DNA of 62,467 bases, the filler included, from Choristocarpus tenellus KU-1152 (taxonomy: Eukaryota > Protista > Phaeophyceae): assembly GCA_964200185.2 (NCBI GenBank). It is 11 parts of 11 records of this genome, joined end to end, with 100 filler letters (N's around TTAATTAATTAA, not from the genome) between each part and the next. Parts side by side here need not be neighbours in the genome. Positions count along the whole stretch, not along the records: positions 37,757 to 41,082 come from CAXNAD020020781.1; positions 41,183 to 46,382 come from CAXNAD020011530.1; positions 46,483 to 49,012 come from CAXNAD020027019.1; positions 49,113 to 51,876 come from CAXNAD020024945.1; 7 more parts are not named here. One strand, given 5' to 3'. Positions 39,870-51,654 of the stretch are shown piece after piece. Position 1 is the stretch's first letter; every line of letters starts with the position of its first letter. A program made the position numbers and the translations under genes. The notes under the pieces are model-generated. The model did no database searches. It saw only the letters and a list, made by a program, of their open reading frames with translations, and was not told the DNA's origin.

Positions 39870-40653
39870 CTCGGTATGTTTGGCGCCCCTCATAGACCAG
39901 GCTTTAGCGTCTGTGCCTTCTCCATGATGGTTCTTGCCTCCTTCTTCAACTTGTAGAGGGTGCTGTGACCGATTCCGAACTTTTGAACAACCGCAGTTCC
40001 CGTCAAGGTGTTCACTTCAGGATTTCAATGCTTCCACCTTCTCTGCAAAGCTCAAGCGTTTTCGATAGACGGCACCGTGAGGCTTGTAGAACGCGGCTTT
40101 CTCCGTAGATATATTTGGCAGCACCTCCCCCTTGACCTTGTTCTTGTTATCATGGCGCTTCGACGCTGTGTTGTCACCGGCTGGAGGACTCGAGGCCTTG
40201 TGCTTGGTGGGGCTCACGCACACTTTTCACACGCATCTCATTTCGCTGGCACCAAAAGGATCCGCAACGTCGCAAATGCCATGAAGATAGTCGCCACAAT
40301 GCGACACTTATGGCATGTTTAGTGTGGTGGACCAGGAGTATTACCCTGCATGTTGCAACTGGATCCTGCTGTGCAGGGCATCGTTGTCTCTGTACAAATG
40401 CAGTCGTCTAAGCCTTGATCTGATATACTGTATATACTCTACTCAGCAGTACTGAGAGACAAAAGACTGCTATGTTGTGTACTGCTGGTGTCGATCAGGT
40501 TTGTGTCGTCGTATTAATTTGGTTAACTTTAGAGATGGATATTTGTAAAACCCCTTGGTCATGAAGTGAAAGAGAATTCAAGTTTGCTTGATATAAGAGA
40601 GAATGGAGACCAAAACGCCTAAACCTCTCTTATAGCCTGAAAGGTTGGTACTG
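39870..40653 (-). mobile_element. pogo/Tigger-like transposase 5' remnant (CENP-B N-terminal-type HTH), frameshifted
   Basis: RKRLSFAEKVEALK /frameshift/ EVNTLTGTAVVQKFGIGHSTLYKLKKE; candidate TA|CAGTACC left end at 40653. Confidence 0.6.
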
Positions 40654-40725
40654 TAGGTTACCCGATTTTGTTCACCCATGGGCATGCCCGAAAAAAGCAG
40701 AACAAACTTGATGTGGTACAAAACC

Positions 40726-40905
40726 GGGAAATCAATCGTGGAATCGACTACCAATCGTGGCAATCCTGGGAAATCAATCGTGGAATCGACTAATTAATCG
40801 TGGTGAGCTGGGAAATCAATCGTCGAAGCGACTAATTAATTGTCGTGAGCTGGGAAATAAATCGTGGAATCGACCAATTAATCGTGGTGAGCTGGGAAAT
40901 CAATC
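40726..40905. repeat. 42-bp tandem repeat, ~4.3 copies
   Basis: Unit gggaaatcaatcgtggaatcgactaattaatcgtggtgagct starting at 40726, 40768, 40810, 40852 and 40894. Confidence 0.95.
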
Positions 40906-41560
40906 ATGAGCTTCATGGATAGGATGGAAACGATTACAAGCGCTTTTTTTCATGATGCTTATGTGTTAATGCGCATCTCCCACCTCGCCATAAGGAAAGA
41001 GAATAATGTATATACCTTCTACCTCAGAGTCTCTTCAGTCTTTCTAAAACATATTTTCGCTCTCCTGGCGTAATCTTACTTTNNNNNNNNNNNNNNNNNN
41101 NNNNNNNNNNNNNNNNNNNNNNNNNNTTAATTAATTAANNNNNNNNNNNNNNNNNNNNNNNNNNNNNNNNNNNNNNNNNNNNATGGAAGTGCCCCTTCCC
41201 CGGGCGGGGGCCCCCATTGCCCCCCGTCGTAACTCCCCCCCCCCCCCCCCCCCCAGATACTTTGAACCTGCTCTCTGTTGTATTAATATCAACATGTTAG
41301 TGGTGAATGTAATATATGTTAATGTTAACGTAATATATGTTAATGTCATATAGCAATGCACTGTAGCAATAACATGGAGACCTAGCAAGCATCGCATAGC
41401 TTTGAGCTGACCACACAGTACTGCCTGAGGTGGTGCTTACAGCTTGATCAATAATCCATGTGGTATCAACACACAGTGCAAGCAGTAAAGCATTGTAGTC
41501 AAGGATACGTCCACGGTCCGTCATCTTACAGAGCCTCAACTGTTGTACCCCCCCCCTCAC

Positions 41561-44500
41561 TTGTTGATGCTAGAGCCCTCCTTGAGTGTAGATCCCGTAG
41601 CCCCTGTCTTCTTTGCCCGCTCAGAGCCGGCCAGGTCTACCAGGTTGATCTTTGAATTGAGGCTTGTCTCTCGCTGCACATCACCACCATCCAAGTCCTC
41701 GCTCGTTTTTTTTTCCACCTGGAGGAGAAGAGGAGAGTTGGACGTGTTGGGGGAGCTTTGAGGTCTGCTTTTCAAAGGCGTGGCAGTTTCTGAGCACTCT
41801 AAGGTTAGGGTTAGGGTTAGGGCTACTGTTAGAGTTAGGGTTACCTTTAGGGTTAGGGTTAGGGTTAGAGTTAGGGTTAGGGTTAGGAATCATCCTTCCG
41901 TTTCCTTCGTTGAAACTCTGGTCAGAGGGTGCTATTGTGGTATGTCCTCGATTTTATCTAGGGACAGTCTATTTGGTAGCAATAAATACACCCTGCTGGA
42001 AAAATGAAGTAGTGTTGCCACTTCAAGTAAAGAGGGCAGTCAGTACTTAAAGGAACAGGATCATATTTATGTGGCTAGGTTGAGAGGGTAGAGATACCTA
42101 ATTAAAAGAAAAAAAGGAGGCAATTCCACCAATAGAATAAATAGTCTAGTTGTCAGAGTCAAAGCATTGAAGAGGGTAGGGCTGTGTCTGTTGGGATTCA
42201 TAAATCCAATGTTGCGACTTTGATAAACTTTTGCTATTGTGTTTGAGTCAAAGTATCTTAGAGGGTAGAGCCGCATCCATTTGGGGGCCATAATGCAATG
42301 TTGCGATTTTGATGCAATTTTGGCTATCATGTTTGTTAGGAAGTGTCAATATCCTTGTTCTGAACACACCTTTTCATAATGTGTACATTTTTCCTACTCC
42401 GAACTATTTTGGAGTAGGAAAATGTCACAAAAACCCCAAGGGAAGCCAAGCCCAAAATGAACAAACAGGGGAAAACTCGTACCCTCTAAGATACTTTTAC
42501 TCTATGTTAGCAAGTCTCAATATCTTTGCTCCAAACGCACCTTTCATACTCCTATACATTTCACCTACTCTGAAATCCGAAATGTTCACACAGAAAACCG
42601 AAAAAGGGCATAAAAAACCGGTGGGAAGCCAAGCCCTGAACGGACAAACAGAGCAAAACTTTGACCCTCTTAAATGCTTTGAGTCTCACATTGAACCAAC
42701 AGGATGCATGTGTTTCGTCTTTTGATATTATTTTCACCAATAAAATAGCCTGGTTGCAACAATGAGCGAATAGGATTGATGCATTTTGCCATAGATTATT
42801 TTCACACCAATGGAATGGTCTACTTGTTACGTTGAGCCTACAAGATGAATGAAATCTGCAATAGAATATTTTTCACACCAATAAAATGGCCTAGTTTTCA
42901 CACTAAGCCTATAAGACACAGTTCCCCCTGCACAAACTCCGCCCCCCTCAACCTTTTCTTACTAGGATTAATCTCAGTGTCACTTGCAGCATACCTGACA
43001 TCTTAATCCCATACAATGTCTACGTGGATTGAAATGTCATCAGTCAGAAGCACTTCCAAAAAAGCACTATACATGTGTGCAGAGCTATCACATGCAAGGC
43101 TGTTGATCACACAAGGTCTCACACCTTGATTGTGAAGCAGCTGTGGCTTCTGCTACTTCTTTCATTCATGTTGGTACAGGCTACCTTCCGTACTGCCCCC
43201 CCCTGTTCAATCAGCCTCAGCACATCAACCTCCGAGTGCACCACCAGTTCGCAGAGGCTGATCAAAGGATATTGAGCAGTCACCAATACAACAGGAAGAA
43301 GATGCAGGAAGGAGGAACAGAGAGTTGCGAGTCAGATTTTTCGTTTTGGTCCGGAGACGTTGAGGATCAGAACAGTACTTTGGGAATCCCCTAGCCGTCA
43401 CATTCATCATGGGAATGGGACTGGAAAAAGACCAGGTCCGCATAATTTACACACAGTACCTGGACATTGGAGGATGAGGGCTTCCAGGAGTCACACCTAT
43501 CTGTGTAGATAGGCTAGAGATTATTATAGATACTGGACATTGCCCACAAAGACACAGTAAACAGTGTAGTGATTCTAGTGACCACAACTGCTCCCTAAGT
43601 GTGTTGGAAGACAGCGTAAGAAGTGATACATCCCCCAACTTCCTGATCGAATGAACTTCCTGATCGAAGATGTAACTCAGCGCCGGTTCTAGTGAGTCAT
43701 GCCCAATTTATTACTGACTTCAGAGTGAAAGTATCTTAGAGGGTACGAGTTTTGCCCTGTTTGTCCATTTGGGGCTTGGCTTCCCATGGGGTTTTTTTGT
43801 GACATTTTACCTACTCCAAAATATTTCGGAGTAGGTAAAATGTATAGGTTATGAAAAGGTGTGTCCAGAACATAGGTATTGACACTTCCTAACATAAACG
43901 ATGGTCAAAATTACATCAAAATTGCAACATTGGATTTTGGCCCGCAAATGGACACAACTCTACCCTCTAAGACAATTTTGGCTCTTCAATCGACAGGCAA
44001 ACGTGGGAGAACGACTATGTCAACAAGTTGCACACACTGTTGTGTTCATCGTTCATCACTACATCAAGACATAAACGTAAGCTGGTGATGGAAGCATCCT
44101 TCTGTGCCACAAACTGTGTAGCAATGTCCCACTTTTGTAAACGACTCAATGAGATACATCAATTGTTGCCAGTCCAGGCAGCCTTTTTCTTGGAGTGTTG
44201 TGTGTGCTGATGCAATACCATTCCAACAACTGACCAATTAGCACTTACTTGATCGATTTTTTTATTGAAGTGGAAAAGAAATAATATTTGAAAAAATCTG
44301 GAATTTATGCATAATTGCCAAGGCAAAAAGAACATATTGCGCAATTACTATTGGTTGCAACAGATATTCAATGCAATGGCCTCCACACCCTACTTCATTT
44401 GCCCACTCTAGAGAGGTAAAAAATGATATTGACTTTAACAAGACTCTCTCACCCATCAACATAAATCCCCAAATCAGGGTGTTCACGTATCCGAAGACTT

Positions 44501-46026
44501 TGCTCCTTCTTGGGATTGAGAAGGTCATGGATGACTTCATTGTAGATCTCTAAGTAGCTGACGGTCACAAGGCACTTGGTCGTATCATCAGTAAGAGCCT
44601 GGGATGTGACCGGAACAGTACTGTTCAGAAGTTAGACCAACCGAGATAATGACTGCTAATTCTAGATGTTGTAACAAGTGAGTGGGTGTCCAGGTGTTAC
44701 CCTAACTACAACAGCCATATATGATGTTTTATATTCTTGTTCTGTACCATAACCTCAACACTATATTACCATTCCCATCAGAATAGTGTAGCAGTAGCAA
44801 ATCAAAATAGTTACATTCTGGAGTACTTTGGAGTACTAGGGTGCTTTGCTTGGTTGATTCAATAAAAACTCTAACCTGTATGTCTGAAAAGAGGTGTTTG
44901 TTGAGCCTGGGGATAATGCCGACCTCATCGACTGCGACCCCACCCATCATTGTATGCGTCTTCCCACTGCCAGTCTGCCCGTAAGCAAATATTGTTGCTG
45001 AGGGCAGGCACGGCAGCACACAGAGGCCAACAACATTAGCACAACGTGGTGCTTTTTTTCGCAGAAGACCATTCCTCAGAGGGTAGTTGAAATAGTGCTG
45101 ACGACCTGCTTATAGGGTCGGTCTAGACGTTGCCTCTCATCCAATCTTTTCGAAGTAATTGTTTCCTTAGACCAGCCTATTACGTCTACACTATCATGGC
45201 ACATTGTTCTCCCCTATATCTTCTCATGACATATTGGCCACTATATTGTCAACTTCATGGCATCTCTTCATTTTCTATCGTTGTTTTGCGCAAGATCACC
45301 CTACCTATTGATCAGTACTTTTTACCATGGAAGATTTTCGTTGGGCACGAGAAAAGCGGTTCCTGTTGCGCTGACTTACCATATCTTTTCCTGGTACTGG
45401 TACAGGAACGTTTGCCATAGTACAGTCATCTCCAGCACATATCAAAATGTATACTCCACAAATATCCTCAGCCTCTAGAAGATCATACATTCTACCCTTC
45501 TTTGACTATCTTTCTCACCATTATATCCCTGCAGAGCTCTAACCACTATCGGTGCTCCCAGGTTCTGATGCACCTCTTCCTGAGTTGACGTCCAGTCGTA
45601 GGCGAAGTCGTAGCTAAAACACTTAGGATCTCGCTTTCCCGCCGCATCTGGGTCTATGATCGACACCTGACCGTTATCGATCTGTCCGCACATGGTTAAC
45701 ATGTGGAGGAAGGATACTGTCGAATAAGGATAAATACCGATTTGCTGGAAACCCCGCTGTCAATATTTGGTACTGCTTACTATTCGTCAGAACCATAGTC
45801 GCGAAAGAATGAATGCCCTTGAATGATATGTGACACATTCCTAGGTTCGGGCTGGAGGGTGAGGTGGGTGGGTGACTGATGCACACTTCTTCTCCCTCTC
45901 TTCTCTGCGGTATGTTCTCTTCCCACTCCCTACCTGGATGCAACACGAACAACCGAGCGTCTGCTCTTTGGAACTCATCGGACGGCATCGTACAGCTACT
46001 CGAACGTTGGAAGACTCGCCGTCCAT
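41561..46026 (-). CDS. Kinesin motor protein, kinesin-3-like (KIF1/KIF13/KIF28 type); 3'-truncated
   Basis: Exons 46026-45934, 45681-45519, 44997-44876, 44598-44453, 43257-43125, 41718-41561. Motifs [10 protein letters not shown]-loop [31 protein letters not shown], switch I NERSSRSH and switch [11 protein letters not shown]...LKEG--IN. Confidence 0.95.
41803..41887. repeat. Longest (TTAGGG)n-type tract in the window, intronic in the kinesin gene
   Basis: About 14 perfect and degenerate hexamers. Confidence 0.95.
42156..42685. mobile_element. Older MITE family A copy carrying a nested younger copy (42245-42502)
   Basis: Outer TIRs gagtcaaagcattgaagagggt / accctcttaaatgctttgagtc with TCA on both flanks; the inner copy splits the consensus gtgttt|gttag. 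Confidence 0.85.
43723..43984. mobile_element. MITE family A copy
   Basis: gagtgaaagtatcttagag...ctctaagacaattttggctc; 4-bp TSD TTCA/TTCA. Confidence 0.9.
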
Positions 46027-46275
46027 CTTTGGCGTAGATATGCTAAAATAACTCTTCCTACTTCAAATCGAACTCCAACCAAGTCTTGCAACTATTGGTC
46101 GTTATCAAGTACTCCAAAAGTCTGTCACAACAGAGAACGAGTAGGAGGCAGTTACAGACGTTACGTCCTCAAACGAATGGTTTGGTTTCGTACCGAAGTT
46201 GCAAAAAAGTAGCAACCAGCAACTCAATTGACAAAGTAAACTAACAGACTTGTGAATCGTGTGATTCTGTGGCGG

Positions 46276-46328
46276 TGCTAAGTTCGTGTGCATTGCACGC
46301 GTGAGTTCGAATCTCACCGGTGTCGCCA
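46276..46328 (+). pseudogene. tRNA-Ser(GCU) 3'-half copy ending in CCA
   Basis: t-GCT-aa anticodon loop remnant, long variable arm gtgc-att-gcac, perfect T-arm gtgag-TTCGAAT-ctcac, acceptor 3' strand cggtgtc, discriminator G, then CCA. The 5' half is absent. Flanked by 25-bp direct repeats at 46251-46275 and 46330-46354. Confidence 0.88.
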
Positions 46329-47603
46329 ATGTGAATCGTGTGATTCTGTGGCGGCGTGGTTCACTCAGGCAAGGGTGGTGAANNNNNNNNNNNNNNNNNN
46401 NNNNNNNNNNNNNNNNNNNNNNNNNNTTAATTAATTAANNNNNNNNNNNNNNNNNNNNNNNNNNNNNNNNNNNNNNNNNNNNCCGACTTTCTGGGTTGTG
46501 AACAAAATGTGCCTCTTGTTCTAACACCCCCCCCCCCCCCCCCCCCAGATACTTTGAGCCCCTATTAGTGTAAGAGAGTAGGGGAGGATTAAGAGTGATG
46601 GTTTGGTGACTAGAAGACACACATGGAGGACGTGGGAAGGAGGATCTGACACATTATCGCAGATCAAATGGTAGGATGAACAACACACCGCAATTTTCAA
46701 GTAAGAGTAACAAAGGATGATCCAAGAGTTGCCATTGTATCGATAGAGTAGCCTGCTTGTTCGAGTTTGTATTGTTATTATCATCTCTGGTTATTTCTTG
46801 TCATAAAGTCACTCTACTAACTTCTCATGTAGTGCAGAGGTGAGACAAAAGGCGTTGTCAGCAGTCAATTCAGTGGGCGTGCACCTCTCTTTCCCTGCTT
46901 GAAAAAGGTTCTGTGACTGCTTCACACATTTTTCAGAATCTGTCCCTTGAATGACAAAACCATATAAGCCCTCTTCAGAGCATACAGAGATTTGAGATTG
47001 GTGAGTGCTAACAATGCAAGTACTTGCAAACCCAGTGTCCCTAAGGACAACTCGTGTGTGTCAATGATCAACCTGAAATATGGCTAAATGGATGCCACTA
47101 TGCAGCGTCGAGCTTGCATGTAATGCAAGAATTTGCAAAACACTGGGATCAGCTATGCTCACACCTAAGCAACTATTATTGAAAGCTTGAAAATCCGTTC
47201 AGCAAACAATCCAAATGGATTTACCCCATTCTTCAGGAATTCAAAGCTGAGGGAGATGGGCCTGTCAGTGTGCAATGACTGCTGCCTCCATCTTTGCTCT
47301 TGCTATAGAATGTTTCAACGCCTTAGCCTTGACCATGGCTCTAGTATCAGCTTGGACGGGATCTATCCAAGGTAAACGCCTTGTGTTGTACCCAGGCACC
47401 TGTCAGCCCATTCCATGAAAGATATTTTTTTAATTTGTACATTTGTTCTGAGTATTTGGAACAAAACAAGAATTAGAAAGTCATATACATGCACATTAAA
47501 GCTCATATGATCATAATGGAAAGGTTGAGAGGGTAGGAGAGGTAGCAAGGTGTGAGTTCACAATAATGCCTCATTTTGACATCCAAACAACTGTGTTGCT
47601 TTT

Positions 47604-47863
47604 GAGTCAAAGTATCTCAGGGGTAGAGCCGCGTCCGTTTGGGGGCCAAACTCCAATTTTGCGATTTTGCCGTAATTTTGGCTATCGTGTTTGTTAGGAA
47701 GTGTCAATATCCATCTTCTGGACACACCTTTTCATAACGTATATATTTTACCTACTCCAAAACATTTTGGAGTAGGAAAATGTCATAAAAAAAAGAAGAT
47801 GGGAAGCCAAGCCCCAAATGGACAAACAGGGCAAAACTCGTACTCTCTAAGATATTTTCACTC
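47604..47863. mobile_element. MITE family A copy
   Basis: gagtcaaagtatctcag...ctctaagatattttcactc; TTTT on both flanks. Confidence 0.9.
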
Positions 47864-49316
47864 TTTTTGCACCATGTCCTCTATGCCCTCAGTCATTCAA
47901 TGATTCCTGATTTTGTTTTTCTTGAGATGATTTCCCGAATTTTGTTCTGTACATCAGAGCAAAATAAGAAGGGAGCACATATATCAGTAACACAACAAGT
48001 TACCAGGATGGGTCTCTGTTGGTACGACTCACAGCTTATTCACGCTGATGACCAAAAGTGTCATACATCTGTGCAAATGGGTGTGTTTGCCTTGGAAACT
48101 CTCCTGTTAACAGAGTATTTTCACCAATGTGCTGGACATAACTCCGCTATTTTTATGCAGTATGTAGTAGTGGTAATAAAGTTCGAAGTGAACATTAAGC
48201 ACTACCCTGATCAGGGCATGGTTCAAGGTGGCGTATATAGCAGAGCCTGCCAAAGGACGTACTAAGCAGTAGTGTAATCTGCTAGATGTGTATGGACACC
48301 GTTCTGGTTTTCCTCCCAAGCATAAACTTGATTCATGCTGCACTAAACATACTTCGTTACTCCTTAGTGAATACAGATTTGACAACTGCACCACGTTTTG
48401 ACTTCCTTACCAGCACTTGTTCGAGTTCAACCCCATGACAGAATAAAAATAAATTGCATTCTATATGTTGGCAACAAAGTGTGCTGATCTAGTTGGGAGA
48501 CGTGAAGTTGAGTAAAGCACCTACCTGAACTACTCTGAAGAGAAACTTTTATTCTGGGCTCACTCAGGTATAGAGTTAGGGTGTTACTGCGGTGGATCCA
48601 TACTTTTGCTTATCAGGGTGGTTCATTTAGATATTCATTACTGCTGCAGTCAGAAGAAGTGCCTTTCCAATACAGGAAATATATGAAACCCCAGCCAAAA
48701 ACAATATAAAAGCAGTGACAACCATATTCCCAGTACTGGCCTACAAATGGTTTTTTGTTGGAATTGAAGGCTCCGATTCCCTCTTGTATGAGAGGCACAT
48801 TACCCATTTCATCTTAAACATACACTCATTGATCAATATTAGAAAATGTAGAGTAGAGGCCCGTAGCGCTTTTTTGTACCCGATGCTTGTGAAACCCAAC
48901 AGTGCTGCACACTGTTTTCTCACCTTCTCCCTAACTTCTTGAACTCTGCCTGCTGGTACAGGAGCTCTTTTCAACACCACTTGGACCGCAGAGGTTCCTC
49001 CCCCCCCCCCCCNNNNNNNNNNNNNNNNNNNNNNNNNNNNNNNNNNNNNNNNNNNNTTAATTAATTAANNNNNNNNNNNNNNNNNNNNNNNNNNNNNNNN
49101 NNNNNNNNNNNNTTGACACGGGTTGGGTTTGAAGTTAGGGAAAAAGGGGGGGGGGGGGGACATCTTTTGGATGGATTCTGTTCTTTTTGTGTCTTTTTTT
49201 ATCATTTAGAACCAATAACAGTCAGTAGCCTTGTTTAAAAAAAATTATACGAGGAAAGCAGAGCGGCCTCTGCAAAGGTGTGAAAAAATGCTAATGATTT
49301 GCTTGTGTGTTTTCAG

Positions 49317-49661
49317 GGTCGATACCCAAGGAGCTGAGTGAGCTCAAGGCACTTGAGAAGCTGAATCTCCGGTGCAATCACCTGTCCGGTACGTTAACTA
49401 CCTTTTAAAATTTTCTTCCTGTGTAGTAAGAGTCGGAATCGTGTAATGGCTTTGTAATGTAGATTATTTTTTTTTCGTTTATGATGGAAATCTTAGTTTA
49501 TCTATTAATGAAAAAATGAACATATATATGTGTGTGTGTGTGTATGTGTGTATGTGTATGTGAAGTAGAAATTAAATTCCTCGTTAATGTAACTTCCTTG
49601 CTTGGGTGTGATTTTTGTGTCTCTCCTTATTCCCAAATACATAAAAATGTATCTAGAGAGG

Positions 49662-49693
<32 letters not shown>

Positions 49694-51654
49694 CTCATGT
49701 GGTGGTGACTACGTTTTGTTTTTTATTCCATGTTTTATTTTTATTTATTTTTATTTTTATTTTTATTTTTATTTATACTTTTTTGTGCAGGGACTATTCC
49801 GCCTGAGCTGGGTGAGCTGAGCGAGCTGAAGATCCTCAACCTTAGGGGCAACCGCATAGAAGGTGAAAAATAAATGAAAAAGAAAAGAAAAGAAAAACCC
49901 GACTGCAGTGACGGTAATTATTTATTAATTACTGGTAATTATTCTTAATTACTAGACGCAGGATCAGGGAGGTTAAAAATCGTGGAGTTGAATGAATGTG
50001 GATTGCAGTTCGGTTCTATCTGTGTTGGTTCAGGTTCTATCTGTGTTGGTTCAGGTTCTGACACCGGTGTTTGGTCTGGCTGGTGCTTTGAAAGGCCTTG
50101 ACTCTACTGTACGTCTGTTTTGATGTTTGATTGGCAGTTATCATGTTAATTATCATTTTTATCGAAGAATAACTAGTCTTGTCTTGTCTGTACCCTGTTC
50201 TGTCTCCTCCTCGCGTGGTCAGTATGTGCCTTATTTTGTCGTGGCTGTTGTGTGTGTGTGTGTGTGTGTGTTTTTTTTCTGGTGTAATGCGATGAGAGAT
50301 GAAATGCGGGGGGCGGGGGAGGGGGGGGGCGCCGCAGAAGGCGTGTGAGATGTTTTACTTGTTTTTTTTCTAGTTTTTAAAAATCGATGTTTCATTTCAG
50401 TTTTTTTAATTTTTTTCTTTTTTTAAATTAAAAAAACAATAAGCTACTTTGGACGGTACTAATTTGAGTTAAATATTCTTTCTCTTCTTTTCTTTCTCTT
50501 TTCTTTTTCACGAAAGTGTTGTGTTGTGTTGTGGTGGGGTAGTTGGTTAGAGTTATGTTTAGGGTTAGGGTTAGGGTCAAACTGTCGTTTGGTGATCATA
50601 GTCTTCCTATGATCGTGGACGGAAATTTGGTTTATATGTATTGCATATGTTAATATTATTATTGTATTTTATGATTGTAGACTTTGTGATTTATTTACTT
50701 TCAAACTGTTAGTGAGTGAAGGCGTCAACCTCTCTTTATTCAAATCGACCCTAATCCCACATCTTGGCAGGATCAATATTAATATTAATATTATTATTAA
50801 TAATAATCAAATCAATAACAGTATTAATATTAATATTAATAATATTAATCGAATCACCCCGCAGATGAAGATCTATATCTTGTGGTTGAGTTTATTGCAT
50901 GATATGTAGTGAATGGCGTAGCTGCCAGCCTCTTTGATACCACTACTGTACCTATGATTTACGTAACACGTATATACTAGCAAGGGGCTTGATTTGGTGT
51001 TGGTGTATGTTCCAGGCTTTTCTGTGTCGTCTCATTGGCTGGATATGCTGCATAGGTTTGTGTTTGATTGGTGGAAATGGTGTTCAATGTTCCTGTGCTC
51101 TAAAAGTGTATGGATATCATTTTCTTTTTCTTTTTGTAAGAAGTAAAAAAAAAGGTTTTGTTGTGATCGGTTTTGATCGGAATCTGTGCTCGGGGACCAA
51201 TCATCTTGGCCGATGTCTTGGGAGGGTACTTTACTCCCAGCATTGACTATTTTTTTTGTTTATTTACTAGACTGTTGAATCGACTGTCTCGGCAGTAGGA
51301 TGTTTGCTGGCTTTGTGTTATTGTTATTGTTATTATCATTATTATTATATTTATTATTATTATTATTATTATCATTATCTCCATATATAATTGTTACTAT
51401 TGTTACAATATCATCGTTAATATTATCATTATTATTGTTATTAATATTATTGTTGTAGGAATCTCTCGGGTGTTTGAATCTTTTGTGTGGGTTTGGAAAA
51501 ACCCTCTTTATGGTTCTGTAAACACGGGGCGGGGGTGGGCTGCGCTGACGGTTCTCTTTTTGAATTTTTGCTTGGTGAACAGGATCTATCCCCAAGGAGC
51601 TTGGCAACCTAACCAACCTCGTGGACCTGTGGCTCTACAACAACCTTCTAAATG
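49317..51654 (+). CDS. Leucine-rich-repeat protein fragment, one 24-aa plant-type LRR per 72-nt exon
   Basis: AG/GT-bounded phase 1-1 exons 49317-49388 (GSIPKELSELKALEKLNLRCNHLS), 49791-49862 (GTIPPELGELSELKILNLRGNRIE) and 51583-51654 (GSIPKELGNLTNLVDLWLYNNLLN). Confidence 0.93.

Noticed and set aside
40726-40905. 42-bp periodic array as CRISPR
   Set aside because: Units are wholly repeated with no unique spacers, there are no cas genes, and the context is eukaryotic.
41803-41887. True chromosome end
   Set aside because: The tract is short, degenerate and lies between two kinesin exons.
41664-42050. ORFs rich in GLGL, VRVR and NPNP
   Set aside because: Readouts of an intronic TTAGGG tract in the kinesin gene.
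46251-46354. Repeat-insert-repeat as a mini-CRISPR, a functional tRNA gene or a phage att site
   Set aside because: There are only two repeats and the insert is a tRNA half. The D-arm/A-box and 5' acceptor strand are missing, and no integrase is nearby.
47187-49012. Possible exons of an unidentified gene (for example a minus-strand donor near 48922)
   Set aside because: No recognisable domain or consistent exon chain could be built.
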